DNA from: Oopsacas minuta
Lineage: Eukaryota > Animalia > Porifera
Direction of reading: 5' to 3'
DNA: 64,000 bases
Assembly: GCA_024704765.1 (NCBI GenBank)
Contig: JAKMXF010000155.1
Location: 580,380 to 644,379 of the forward strand
Part shown: in pieces, positions 27,380 to 41,312 of the stretch
Layout of the letters: each line of letters opens with the position of its first letter
How positions within the stretch are numbered: position 1 is the first letter of the stretch
Made by a program: the position numbers and the translations under genes
Notes under the pieces: model-generated
What the model was told of the DNA's origin: nothing
The model's database searches: none
Seen by the model: the letters and a program-made list of their open reading frames with translations, nothing else

Positions 27380-28780
27380 TACAATATGAAATGAATTGTT
27401 TCCGAAAAATGTGTACCGGGATGTTACAGCCCGTCTTTAAATATGCCGCTTTCTATATTGACTTCGAAAGTCGGCACCATCTGGAAATACATACCAGTTC
27501 CCCTCCTGATTAGCCAATATTTAACTTCTATTATTAAAACTGAAGTTTTAATCTCTAAATATCTTGTGAATATATTTGCAGGTTTACTAAGCAACCGGAC
27601 GAAGGATTTCGGTCGCAATTAGATAAATTGCTCTTGTAATCGCCGCCAATTCACCTAATTTGTCAGACACTTCTACGCTATAAAAGAACCAATCGGCTAA
27701 ATTCTTTGTTGTACTGTGTATCCATAATCTAATTGTAGCTTCTGTCATTTCCTCTTGGAAATTTGCTGGAGGATTTTTGTATGTTCACAATAACTCCTAT
27801 TTCACATATATTCTCTAGAATATCGGTCTGTATACTGAATATCTATTTCATTGGGTCAGGATATATTTCTCTGTTTACAATTGATAATTGTGAGGTAATT
27901 ATATTTGTAATTAATAATCTTTCTAAAATTTCAATAAACTTTTTAATAATATGATGCGAAAGTAATTGTAATTGATTAGTGTTTATTACATTGATATTGT
28001 AATTCTTCCATGTTAGATTTCCATCGGAGGCTTGCAAATATGATATGCTACAGCACTTTATCTAGTATATGTGGAATTGAACCATCACCATAACAAAATA
28101 TTTCTAGATCATATAAGATGAATCTTGAATTATGTTCTTACACTGAAATAATTAGTTTTAATTGCAGACTCTGCAATATTATGCTATCCCACCAAATTTA
28201 CTATATATACCTTGTATTGATTCATGGAACGAAGTCGTTGAACGGTTATGGTTTGTACTAGCATGGTGAGAACGACAACACATAATTTCCTTTTAATAGT
28301 TTTGTCCAACTGGAAACAATAACATTTAGTTTATTACACAGTGAAATTTATGAAAACTTTCAAATTTATTCAAGGCAAAAGGTAAACAAATTAGTAATAG
28401 TAATAGTGTGTTGTCCAGTGGGAACACCCTGGGACAACTAAAAGACTTACTGCCCCACGACCCACTGCTGGATGATAATCAACAACCATAAATTTATCAT
28501 TAAGCCAATTGCTATGCTTCTTTGCAACACCTGGGAAAATCCTACAGACGTCACTGTACCGAAAAGGGTACCTGAATCATATAATTGCATAAGCCGACAT
28601 AACTTTCATTGTAATTGAAACGAAATACATTACAAGGAATTGCAATTGCCCATTGGGTGTTGCAATAATGTATTTAAGGGCGAGATTTCCTGAATTTTTG
28701 AACGTAGAAGCCCACATATTATATTCTAGTTCGACCACATCTCTGGTCTATTTTTCCCACTGATACTATGCCAAATATTT
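27380..28780 (+). pseudogene. Highly decayed non-LTR (CR1/L2-like) reverse transcriptase fragments
   Basis: Scattered motifs FYIDF, LLSNRTK, SGNTLGQL, TEKGTxII and YILVRPHL in expected order; many stops. Confidence 0.35.
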
Positions 28781-28989
28781 CTTAGGTCACGATTAGACAA
28801 TATTTCCGATATCAGATACTTGGAAAATTTTCCAATTTTCCAGATTTTATAACTTTATATTTTTCCACAAAAATTGTTCAAAATTCGATTATTTCCTAAA
28901 TTAGAAGAGGCTGCAAAAATGCAGATAAGATCAATAGCTTTGAACTTTTCAATAGTTATTCAATTATGTAATGAATTTTACATACTATA

Positions 28990-31900
28990 TTAATAAGTGC
29001 TCTTCAATGCGCAACTTAATTTTTATGGGTGAATAACATTCTATATTTCCGTTGCCAGGCAACTAGTTGTGTTATGTATTATGATAAATGAGGTATCTGA
29101 CCACTTCATTATGATAACTGATGGATTCCCTATCAACAGAAAAATTACTGATATTGCTCAATTATTCTTAAATATTGATGGTATTGATTCAGTCTTTGCA
29201 ATTCCGTCAAAAGATCGTTTCAACTGAACTCATACACATATCACCACTATCAACACAACTTCAGCATATCCACTTCATTCGTATACCTACATCTTTCGAT
29301 TAGTATATTTCAGAAAATAATGTAAATTTAATATTACAATTTTGAACAATTTAAATGGTTTAATCTTTGGGATTTCATCTTCATATCAATAAACTGAGTG
29401 AGATTTGAATCCACGTGAGATTTCAACTCATTAGTATTATTGGACCAGGGATAGTCCTTCACCGTGAGATTTTAACTCATCTATATTAAACATTTGTGAA
29501 GTTAGCAGGAGATTCGGCCAGGGTCAGTACAATCACTAATTTGTCCTACTTCTACTCATCAGATTTACCCGAAATAAATATCATTCGGTAGAAGAGTGTT
29601 GAATGATTTATAAAATATAAGTTTCTTCAGTATTTTTTAACTTTACCTATCTTTTTTGTCATAACGGGTAGGGTCGCTTCTCCATTAATAACGACGAGCT
29701 AAGAGTGAGAATCCGAGTCTGAAATTGTGTGTCTATATTTGTGACCCATGGGCATTTATGTAAATTCAATTTCATCCAAAATTTCCTAAAACTCGAAGGG
29801 ATACAAGTATTGGAAGTTGAAGTTAGAGTTATATTGGAGGGGGTCAGCATCATTTTACAAAAAGTAGGGCAGTTCAAATTGACATTTGATATACCAAATC
29901 GAACTCAAACTATTATATTTTGATAACAATCGATAGCTGAGACATGGACGTTTACTGTTATGTCGCTATAATCATGAATTTCTGAAAGACACAGTCACAA
30001 TAGAGTTCTAAATTTGGCAAAATTCTAGTGTATTTATTTATTTTCGACATTCCAATTTAGACTCAAATTTCAAAAATTATTCACTACCAGAATCGCCTAA
30101 AACTTTACAGGCTCCTTCTTTATATTATATCATTCAATTTCCTTTAAAAATAACAGGGCTCGCCAGTACTTTGTTAATGAATATTAGAAAAATAGTATTT
30201 TAGAAAATTCTTTTCTTCCACTAGGCATGTCATTCATTACTCATATTGCCCAGTAGAATACTAGACTATCTAATAAGACTAATGAACATGACTGTTATTC
30301 ACGCATAAAGCAGTACATTTCATAACTCTTCTTGGTTTCCATTCTAATGTTGCTACAACAAACAAATAGTGAAACCGCAAAATATTGAAACTGCGAATTA
30401 TATTTATTTTATCCATCACTATGAAATATGCATATTGACAAATAGTCATATATCTGCCTCATCCCTATTGAATCATACTTCAGTATTTCTGAAATATTTT
30501 GTTTAGAGTATGAAGGGCCAAGACATTGTTGTAACAGACAGTAATGCTAGTGCTCAAATTGGTTTAGGATAGTAAAACATAGTATTTGTAATTACCTAAC
30601 TAGGTTAAATGCCGCATATCGAAATTCGTTGATATAGATGATAGTCCAAATGCATTCAAAATTGCTTTCACAATATTAGCGAGTATAGTATTTAAACCAA
30701 AAGAAGGAAAAATTTGTGGCAAATGAGTAAGATTATAGGGAGGAGTGGTCCAAAAGGAAAAGAGCAAATGAAGTTATATTCATCCATCAAAGTATACAAT
30801 CAAAATGGTATTTAGTAGTTATATTGAAAATACGCCACAGAGCCAACTGGATTCTATAGGATGTTCTAATATAAGTATAAACAAAGACATGTTATCAAAT
30901 ATTCTCCTTTTGGCTCTTGAGCATCAAATAGATTGCCAAAGCGAAATCAAGGTAATTCTATATCGTACTTGGTAATACTTTGGTAGGGAAAGATGCAGAA
31001 ATGATTAGTTACTTAGATATTGTAGAATGTAGTTTAATAGACTATATGCTACCATTACCAGCATTTCAACTTATTAAATATAGAGGACAAAAGGATATAT
31101 GCGAAATGCTAGATATAGAACTTAGTTATTCAATAAATTGTAGTAGGAATGAAAAACACCATCATTACGATCACTGGAGGTATGTAAATTTCTTTAAATA
31201 TAATTAATTAAATCAATATTTACAAGGGATTTATTCAAAGAAGTATTATTCATAACAATTGTTACAACTGTTGTGACTAAACTAGGCCAAAGGCTAATGA
31301 GTTAGAACAAGTAGGCATTTTATCTAAATATAGATTCAAAGTGGCTGAAGTTACCCGTTTTGTATACTGCGCTAACTTCACAGTCGCATTGTTCCATCAT
31401 AATTATATTATAATACGCATATAGTATGAAGATAAGTCTCACGAATATTCATTATATCATAAATAGATGAGTGTTTTGTGTTCATTCGTTTGTAGGAACA
31501 TTTGAAAGGGAACCAAGAGAAGAGTTATGAAATGTACTGCTTTATGCGTGAATAACAGTCATGTTTATTAGTCTTATTAGATAGTCTAGTATTCTACTGG
31601 GCAATATGAGTAATGAATGACATGCCTAGTGGAAGAAAAGAATTTTCTAAAATACTATTTTTCTAATATTCATTAACAAAGTACTGGCGAGCCCTGTTAT
31701 TTTTAAAGGAAATTGAATGATATAATATAAAGAAGGAGCCTGTAAAGTTTTAGGCGATTCTGGTAGTGAATAATTTTTGAAATTTGAGTCTAAATTGGAA
31801 TGTCAAAAATAAATAAATACACTAGAATTTTGCCAAATTTAGAACTCTATTGTGACTGTGTCTTTCAGAAATTCATGATTATAGCGACATAATAGTAAAC

Positions 31901-33030
31901 GTCCATGTCTCAGCTATCGATTGTTATCAAAATATAATAGTTTGAGTTCGATTTGGTATATCAAATGTCAATTTGAACTGCCCTACTTTTTGTAAAATGA
32001 TGCTGACCCCCTCCAATATAACTCTAACTTCAACTTCCAATACTTGTATCCCTTCGAGTTTTAGGAAATTTTGGATGAAATTGAATTTACATAAATGCCC
32101 ATGGGTCACAAATATAGACACACAATTTCAGACTCGGATTCTCACTCTTAGCTCGTCGTTATTAATGGAGAAGCGACCCTACCCGTTATGACAAAAAAGA
32201 TAGGTAAAGTTAAAAAATACTGAAGAAACTTATATTTTATGAATCATTCAACACTCTTCTACCGAATGATATTTATTTCGGGTAAATCTGATGAGTAGAA
32301 GTAGGACAAATTAGTGATTGTACTGACCCTGGTCGAATCTCCTGCTAACTTCACAAATGTTTAATATAGATGAGTTAAAATCTCACGGTGAAGGACTATC
32401 CCTGGTCCAATAATACTAATGAGTTGAAATCTCACGTGGATTCAAATCTAACACAACAGGCCTACAAACTCTCTAGCCATTAAAGAATCTAAGAAGTTTA
32501 TTCAATCTCTTATTCAGGAAACCTGATTTTGAAAATTGACCTACCTGATCGCAGCACCCGAACGACTCTACAGGAAATGTGCTCTAAGAGCCTTTTCTGA
32601 CGAAACTGATTACCTCAATTGTGTATTTTCTGCAATTGCAATTGACCCATCGGCCAGCTTTAACGAAATCCATACATAACTTTCTACTATCCTCAAAACA
32701 TATAACTCAAGCAGGAAAGTCAACACTCCGAAATTGGTGACTCTATGCAAAATACCTATCTTTGATTGTAGATTCATTTCCCTGGCCAAGTATCACACCC
32801 TACTTTACACAAAATATTAGCCCATTGTGAGGAGTTCATTCTAGAGTCTAATACTGGATTCAGATAGAAAGATGTCTCTGAAGCTGGTGCAGATTAAGGT
32901 AATATACTTGTGCGAAAAAGTCTGGAAAATTTAGCAAGGAAAAACAGTTTCGAGACTAATCTTACGGATGTTTTCCTAACGGTAGCATTCCAGAACGATC
33001 CTATTTTCCCAGCTTTCGGCGTAGTTTTAT
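28990..33030 (+). pseudogene. Transib/RAG1-core-like transposase relic 2, split by the foldback insertion (pieces ~28990-29397 and ~32454-33030)
   Basis: Left piece: TDGFPINRKI...IPSKDRF.TH...AYPLHSYTYIF...WFNL..FHLHINKL. Right piece: PTNSLAIKESKKFI...RAFSDE...ITPTLHKILAHCEE...SEAGA...LARKNSFETNLTDVF...NDPI. Confidence 0.75.
29398..32453. repeat. Foldback-like long inverted repeat: arms ~29401-30360 and ~31490-32449, ~1.1-kb spacer
   Basis: Mirror ORF pairs with coordinate sum 61850. About 5 substitutions seen by eye over ~930 bp. GTGAGATTT-AA-CA subrepeats at the outer ends. No clear TSD. Confidence 0.95.
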
Positions 33031-34998
33031 TTGTGAAGTTTAGGGTCAAACTGGTCATTCATCGAGATTGATATGTTGCAAAATCATATAACAACCAAGA
33101 CCCATCTAATATAGGTGCTCTACTCACTTCCTTATCCTGTTCCTCATAGTTGCTATACTTGTATATTGATAAATAGTTCTATAGTTTTATGTACACATGA
33201 TTTTAGTGTATTCTTGAATCAATTATCACCAACCCATACTTTGAATAAATTTTATACACGCCGATGACGTAATGTCAAGAAAATCGACGTCTTAGAAGAA
33301 AATTTATATTTGCAATCGACTCGTAGTTATCGATAATCTATATACAAATAATACCTTATCAGCGATAGGACTCACATAATTGCTAATTCCTTATCAAATG
33401 CTGTTTTAAACCACTATGTACCATTAATCAATTTTCAGTATATCCACAAATTTAAATTTAAACTTGATTTCAAGTGTATTTGTATATTGTCTACAGGGTG
33501 TGAAGAAATTGATTTGCTCCTGTTTTTGTTTATCCTATTGACTCATATTCATAATTTTGTGGAATTCATGATAGACTCACATATAGTTTTTCACATCACG
33601 TACCATTTTACCATATATTTATCGGTTTTGGTCGAGCTACTATGATTATATATTTATCCCTATATTTTAATATACCAGTATATAATAAGTTCTAGATTGT
33701 CTGTGAATATACTGAGCAGACGTAGTTGAAACATGTACCATCTTTGTTCAATGCCTTTACGAATTGTTTCATCAGTCCCAACTTGATATGTAGTGTGGGT
33801 GGGATGATACGGTCATGCTATCTAGTGGCTTGTTAATAATAATCTTTTCCCCCACGGCAAGCTTTTGACGAACTGGCCAGTTCTTCTTTTCTCAGTTCAC
33901 CCCATCTGCTCTGCTGTCCCACAAACAAAGAAAACATGGGTATTTAGTGTAACCACTTTACTGTCCTAACAGAACATTGACCCTTTTCAAGTTCACACAC
34001 GCGACCCAGTTATGTTCATCGTAACACAGCTTTTGTGGGACCATCTTACAGTTGCACAGTGCTCTTTCAAGATTACTGAATGGCCGATCGGAATACTGGC
34101 AAATTTGTTACCATTATGCAGCAACACCCACTTTAGACTCTGTTTGAGCTGTCGATAACTCATTGGGATTGTATTGGGACAGTCCCATTGCTGAGAGAAG
34201 TCATGGGATGTTATTACAAAACACGAAACCGCCTTCTCCACTGAAATAGCGAATAAGTCTTCGTTTCTGCGTTGGTAATAAGTTATCCTAGCTTCACTGT
34301 GGAGAACATGGTGTTCACTGAGATGGGAAGCCAGGATCTCTGAAGAATCTTTTGACTAGCCTAGTTCTCTCATTAAGTTGTTGAACTGCCCCTGTGTGAA
34401 AGGCTTCGCTTCACTTATTTATAACGGCTCATTACTGCCATTGCTGCTGTAAGTGCTGTCCGACGATTCATCAATTGCCTTAATAAACGCAGTATCAGGT
34501 AAGGACGTAAAACAGCCACCTGAATTTCGTTGCAGTGTGGAATTGGGCGTCTTGCAGAATGTATGTCAGGATATTGCCACGAATTCTTTTTCTGTCGGTT
34601 CCATCCAGACATGTTACCATGCAGAAGTGCCAGTCATCGTGATGGTTCTTGGGCTCTCGCCAAACCATTGGTACTCCAAACTTCATGGATTTGGCTTTTC
34701 CTTGGGTCAATAGGCGGAGGGTTTCTGTGCAATAGTTGCACACTTTGTGTGGGCTCCATAACTTATCCTGATCACCTAATTTAATACCAAAGCAAGCCTG
34801 ATAAGCTATTTTGGTGACATCTCAGATATTAAAACGATGTTCCCATGCCATATATTCACCACAAATATAGCAAAAGACATCAGGATCATTGAGGCAACAA
34901 CGTCTAATGCGCTCTGGATCCATAAAAGGTTCAATGTTGTGAACAAATAGTTATAAATGTTGATATAAACATACAAACCTAAAATATTTGTAGTATTA

Positions 34999-36972
34999 CA
35001 GTGGAACCCCGCATATCGGGGCAGGCGCGTATCGGGGCACCCCTCTTATCGGGGCAGTAGGATGGAAATTTGTTATTCTTCAATTAAAATCAACCCCGCG
35101 TATCGGGGCGGCATTCGCGTATCGGGGCACCTCGAATAGAGTTTGTTTCCTTATTGAACATATATTTGTGCCTGAAAACTTAGTATTTATATACGTACAA
35201 TGGCGGCTAAGCGTCATCCACTCCCAATAGAGACTCGTGCTGAAGTAATTGAACTCAGCAAGGCAGGCAAATCCGAGAGGCAAATCGCCTTGCAGGTTGG
35301 AAGTAGCAAAGGTCAGGTCGGGAGAATCCTTAGAGATCAGCGTGACAAGATCGAGAATCTCAAGGATGTTCAAGGAAACATTCCAAACAACCTCAAAAGG
35401 AGAAAGCTTGTGGACATAGCGCCAAAGTACTGCGAAATCGAGAATGCATGCGTCCTTTTTCTTGAGAGAGCCAAAGAGCATGGAATACCGGTAACAGGTC
35501 CAATGCTGCGCACTCTTGCCCTCCGTGAGGCTGAGAACTGCAACATCCAAGGGTTCTCTACTTCTGAAGGTTGGCTTGATCGAGTAAAGAGACGTCATGG
35601 GATTCATGGAAGGCACCTTAGTGGCGAGGCGGCATCGGCCAACAAAGTAGTGGTGATGAACTGGATGGAGCAGATCCCAGAGCTGATAGAAGGATACGAC
35701 CCGAAAAACATCTTTAATTGCGATGAAACGGGGCTTTACTACAAACAGACTACATCACTTTCTCTTGTAATGCCCGGTGATGCCTGTCATGGCGGTAAGG
35801 CTCAGAAGGAGCGGTTAACTTTACTAATATGCTGCTCTTGGATGGGTGAAAAAGTGAAACCACTCATCATCGGTAAATCTACCAGGCCAAGGTGCCTTCG
35901 TAGTGTCGATCTTGAGAACATGTCAGTTTCCTACAAATCACAGAAAAGTTCGTGGATGAACGGAGACATCTTTTCCTGGTGGATTAATGAATTTGAAAGC
36001 CTAATGTATCAAGCTGGCCGCAAGGTTCTGCAATTTATGGACAACGCAACTGTTCACAACATTGTAGAACAAATGGAATTCAGGGCTGTGAAGGTTGTGT
36101 TCTTCCCCAAGAACACTACTTGCAGCACCCAGCCGTGTGACGCTGGTATCATCCAGACTGTAAAGCTTCTCTATCGGAAGCAGCTGCACAATTTTATTCT
36201 CAGTGCTCTCACTCATGAATGTGGGGAAGTAGACCCGTACAAGGAAATCAATCTAGCAAGAGTGATTGTGTGGCTTTTTAGAGCTTGGCGCGACCTCAAA
36301 CCGGCAACTATCGTGAAGTGCTTCTCCCACTGTGGCTTCTCTAAAGCAGGGGATATAGTAGAGCCACAACAGACACCCCTACTGGAAACGGAGGCAGAGA
36401 CTCTGCTCTCTGCTGAGGAGGAACAGATGGAGATATTCCCCCCGTCGTGGAGCCAGAAGAATTGTTTGACAAGGTGGTGACTGAATTGAAAGACCAGCTG
36501 GAAGAAGTTTCAATTCAGGCTATTGCACCTACCGAGATTATTACTACAGAGGATGATGTGGCAGAAATTCCTAACAACAAACAGGTGCTGCAAGCACTTG
36601 AGACAATCGAGCTGTACGCTGCTGGACGTGGAGATGATGAAGTGCTGGGAGGTGGCTTCAACCTGGCATGGTATAGGCAAATTATCGAGGAAAGGGCCCA
36701 CATGGAGGCGACGCAAATCACCATTGAAGATTTCTTCAAGAAAACTAGTCTTTAGATAGCATAACAGTCTCCTAGTGAACTTAGAATGTGTAGTATTCTG
36801 CGTAATTATCAGTCATATTTCAGAGTGTGTCATGATGATGTTTGTGTTCTAAATCGGTAATATTTACAAGGGTGTACAACTATTTTCCTAGAACCCCGCT
36901 TATCGGGGCACTCCCTCGTATCGGGGCACTTTTTGCTTGGCAAAAGGTGCCCCGATACGTGGGGTTTCACTG
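34999..36972 (+). mobile_element. pogo/Tigger-like element, apparently young
   Basis: TIR CAGTGGAACCCCGCATATCGGGGCA vs CAGTGAAACCCCACGTATCGGGGCA, TA TSDs. Multiple TATCGGGGC subterminal repeats. Confidence 0.95.
35200..36755 (+). CDS. Tigger/pogo transposase (CENP-B-type HTH + DDD), one frameshift near 36438-36443
   Basis: 426-aa ORF with GIPVTGPML, GWLDRVKRRHGI, FNCDETGL, MDNATVH and QPCDAGII (32 residues between the last two D). Overlaps a 102-aa C-terminal ORF ending QITIEDFF. Confidence 0.9.
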
Positions 36973-38046
36973 TACCTTAAAATTTAGGGTTGTGTAATAT
37001 CTAGAAAACTAGAGCCAATTCCGCAACATTAATGGTATTTTCGAATACAGCAACCCGATATACCCTAAAAACGCTCCAACAATCTGAGCTAAGAGATAGA
37101 ATTATTTTTTTGTTGACCTGTGTAATCTGTGGTTACTAGGCTAACCAATTTATGCATTCAGAATACCTTAATATATCTACGCCAGATACGGAAATTTATA
37201 TTTTAATGTTATTTCATCCATTAATTGTCACACTTTTGGCATAAAATTCTTTTTAGTAAACTGAGGTTCTATACATTCAATGTCTCCAAATTGCACTTTA
37301 AAGTGGTATTATTCGGTCGAGCCAAATTTTAATATATTGGATTTCCCTTTTTGCATCCATTGTGACAGTTTGACATTATGACTCAAGCACCCAAACGAAC
37401 ACTACTCCCCAGATAACAAACGAATTACAGGTGATTCATAATTGTTAGCATATAAAACTATAAGTTATTCGGTCAGTAGAAACTTATAGTGATTACAATT
37501 ATACTGATGTGTATTACTCAAGTCTGAATTTTTCGAATTGTATGGAGTAAATGTTGTTGACCTACGCACACAATTGATCTTGTCCAGTACTTTGTATGTG
37601 AATATTTTGTCTTTCATTCTAATCCCAATATTCTAGCGATGTGACTCTTGTTATTTGTGGCACAAAAATGAAGTTCCAATTTGTCAACGAGGTTTGCTCT
37701 AAATAATTCCAAATTGTCATACTGGGGTAATACAGACACATATAATTCAAATATATCTTCAGATTTGTTCCATTTTTGTGAATTCTATGCAATCTGCAAC
37801 TTGATCATTATATTAGCTCAATTATCTATTTAATGAGCAAAGTATGGTTAGGAAATATATAATTTGAAGAAATTCATCGATGTACTCAGTGCAATTTTCA
37901 CTAACATAGTCGAATAGTTCTTTCAGCTATATTATCGTATGCATTTCAATGGATTTACAATTGAATATTTAATGGTGTTCAAGTACTTGTGTTGGGTAGT
38001 GTATATTCTTATTTCCTACTTTGTATCAACTTGTAGCTAGTAATTA

Positions 38047-38125
38047 CAGTAGAACCTCGTTATTACGAGCGCCAACGAACGGTAAAATTTGTTCGCTTTA
38101 TCCGGAGTTCGTGTTAACTGGAGTA
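38047..38125 (+). mobile_element. Solo pogo/Tigger-like left end
   Basis: TA|CAGTAGAACCTCGTTATTACG; partner end not found. Confidence 0.4.
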
Positions 38126-40568
38126 ATACAAATTGAATAACAATTGCAGGGACTTATTTAGGTGTACATATTTGTTTTCTTTTCCGAAAATTCCATATAA
38201 TCGTGTGCGTATTAACAAAAGTTCTACTATATCTTGTTGTTTAATGTATCTTTTCAAGTATATAGTGCTATGTGAACCTGAAATTGTTCCCACACTATGG
38301 TTTATGAAGGTTGCTCAGATTTACTTCTAAACATCTATAACTGTAAATCATTAATCATTATACCGATACTTTGAATTTATGAGGATGTCTAAGAATACAC
38401 TACAGGATTCTTTAGGCATGGTTTCATTCAAATATATGTGAATGTAATAATTTATTATCTTTAAACACTCGAATTAAACCCATTCTATTATTTTCTCTTC
38501 TATTATTATCTAGAGCACCGAGAACTCGTTCGTCTAAGGAGAAGGGGAAGATAAGTTATCACATATGCATTAAATGCATTATTGCGTCGTAGATATAATT
38601 ACACTTCCAATTTAACATGTTCAGTCTGCAAGGATATTCCTGCTGTAGTAATATTTGATGGCATTACACTTGGCACCGTTAAAACCCTTCCACTTCCATT
38701 CATAGAGGTTTATCGAAATCTGAGAATTTTTCTTTCCTAATATATTACTCTTGTAAAATGTATATGTTGTTTATTCTTGATTTCGCACTTTGCAGTTGGT
38801 GAATGAGATGTCGACTTTTCACTACTCAATTCTTTTACAGCATGTTCAGTAATAATTGCAACCTGTCTCCGCTTGATTGAATAATTCAGTGACTTTGTCA
38901 TTCAGGCAACCAAAACAATTTTCAATATTGCAAATTTATTCATTATTTCTGTCTCATGTATTCCTATCCTATCAAGTTGGGATAAGGATAAGGTTGTTCC
39001 AGAATGATGAACAGGGGATATCAAAGAGCTACTGATTTCCTGTTTGTGCTCTGCAGCAAAATTCTATAGTTATTATTCTCAAAGGATCTTACCTGTGCGC
39101 TCCATTTAATTGATGCCGTGCATCTTCACAAAGTTTCCTTCATAAATAACTCTTATGCATCTTGGAGGTGTTGACACGCGTTTCCTTTTGTGCTAGTCGC
39201 ACAATGGGCTATTTTGGGTAAACATTTCCAGTATGATATTACCTCAACAATTTATATTATAGCCGCATGAGAACCAATTCATAATATGACATAAGAGTAG
39301 AGAGGAAATTCTTACCTTTTTCTATTCAATATGCTATCTACGTAAGAAGCAAATATATATCATAATGTCTGCGGATTATGAAGTAACCTTAATAGAATTG
39401 TATTTATGTTGTACTTACCGGCCTATTGGTCTATGGCTCATGATCTGCGTATTTTATAAGGATCATGAGCTGTGTACTTAAAGTTCAAGACCTGTGAGCT
39501 TAAACGATTACGGCCGAGGTGTTGCGTTCGTAACGAAAGGACACACTTGGTTTGAACAAATCCTGCCCAAAATCGAGATTTTAGCACCTTTTTGATGGCA
39601 TAAAATCGCACATTTTCCGGCCATATTTGGTAAATAGAAATGCAAAGACGAAGACTGTGCTAACTCTTTCCAAAGAAATTTAGAATTCAATCGAACACTG
39701 CACAATCTTTACATAATTAGTTGCCACTTTTTTCTTAAATTGCCTTGGAAATTTGTCAAATTGGAGTTCCATTAAGTTAGAACTTTATTTGATAATTATT
39801 GATGTTATTTGTCACTGGGACTGGGCTGATTTAGATATTCAGCTTTCAAAAGTTGGGTAGATACCGGATTTCCTTTCCAATTTGTTTATAATTTGAAATA
39901 AATTCATTGAATTTTGGCACCTAATGAATATTTACTTCTAAAATCAATGAAGTGTTGATAATTTTAGTTCTAAATTGCAAAGTTTTTGAATTTTGAGAAC
40001 TTTTTTTCGAATTGTTAGTGAACCATTATTATTTGGAATAAATTTGACATAGGTAGTAGTACATTCTAATTTGGTTAGGGAAGTTATTTTCCACAAAATT
40101 GAGAGGCCGAGGCTTTCTCACTTGATAATGAGGACTACCTGGCCGAGCATCTCTTTAACAGGTCAAGACCGAAAAATGCTGCCCAAAATGGCCAAAGATG
40201 ATTGCTTCATGACAATTCAATATTCAAAATTCCTTACCTTTACGATCATGATTTGTGTACATTTTATTATATACCTAAGATAATTACTGTAAATCTGATT
40301 TAAGTTTTATGTTAATACATGTATTTGATTTCACAGTCAATGATACATTCACAAATTTATTTATGTAATATTCTGTCAATATAAGGGAATCTAGGTAGTC
40401 TGTTGTAAGGTATCATTTGTTCCCCCCAAATTCACATGGAGGTCGTCTCCAAATTTTCTTTTACTATATATTATTGGTGGACCCTCAAATCTTTGGGCCC
40501 TCCCCTATTCCATTTTAGGAAATTATGTGTGGAGCACTCCAATTTCTTTGAAGATGGACCCTCTCTGC

Positions 40569-40598
40569 TAGAGTAGCAGAAAATTTTCTGCTACTCTA
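40569..40598. repeat. Perfect 30-bp palindrome
   Basis: TAGAGTAGCAGAAAA|TTTTCTGCTACTCTA, no loop. Confidence 0.9.
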
Positions 40599-41312
40599 AA
40601 TGTTAACTAGTTTTGAATCTACTAACTGTCGAGGTGTCTCGATGATCAACTAACATCTATCAATACGGTTTATACCCTTCTGGGAATTAAACACGGGATT
40701 ATGATAAAATTTTCTTATTACCTAACTATGGGTTGGATTACAAGACGGGTTGATGAGGCCAGTGCCCCAGATGCATAGTAGTCCATTTGTTCCTTATACA
40801 ATATCATTAGAATTATATACACTACCCAGTACCTACTGCTGAAGCCCTCAAATTGGCCCATTACTCGGTGAACGATGTTGCCTTATTTATCAAAATGAAA
40901 CTGGTTAAGTTACCAATATGAATACCATAATATATCTATTCCATTGTATTTTGAAGTTATTCGATTCTATAAATTCAACTGTATTATTTATACTAATACT
41001 AAGGAGATCAATCACCACAATTATGTTTATTACTTTATTGATACTCGAAGTAGCAATAGTGGGGTGCGATCACGCTGAGCCAAATGCCCCCACTTCTGTG
41101 AGAGTTTATGGTGGAGGCAGGAAATATAAGGTTACATGGGTTGACCTATTTCCACTTAGATACTTTTCAAACATATTTTTCCACTCATTATTTTCTAATT
41201 TTCTTGTTCACATTATTTAGATATATCTAAATAACATTATACACTCCTCAGACAAATGATTCACCCACAGATAAATTTTCACGCACATAAAATATCATAA
41301 GCCATAGCCTAG

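Larger units (their letters stand above)
33690..37122 (-). mobile_element. Second Chapaev3-like element, 3'-truncated, interrupted by the Tigger at 34999-36972
   Basis: Terminus CACAGGTCAACAAAAAAA (reverse complement ending 37122) followed by TAA. Transposase pieces FGVPMVWREPKNHHDD, HNGNKFASIPIGHSV and LHIKLGLMKQF (~33765-33800). Left TIR not found. Confidence 0.8.

Noticed and set aside
27400-28800. Ty3/Gypsy RT on the minus strand (ATPNGQLQFLVM; GMYFQMVP)
   Set aside because: The plus strand gives a more coherent ordered set of LINE RT motifs, and no LTR or integrase was found.
29659-32191. Duplicated 64-aa and 72-aa ORFs
   Set aside because: They are mirror images produced by the inverted repeat, with no protein-like features.
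39436-39470. 10-bp stem hairpin GCTCATGATC-N15-GATCATGAGC
   Set aside because: Single short stem in AT-rich DNA with no associated feature; compatible with chance.
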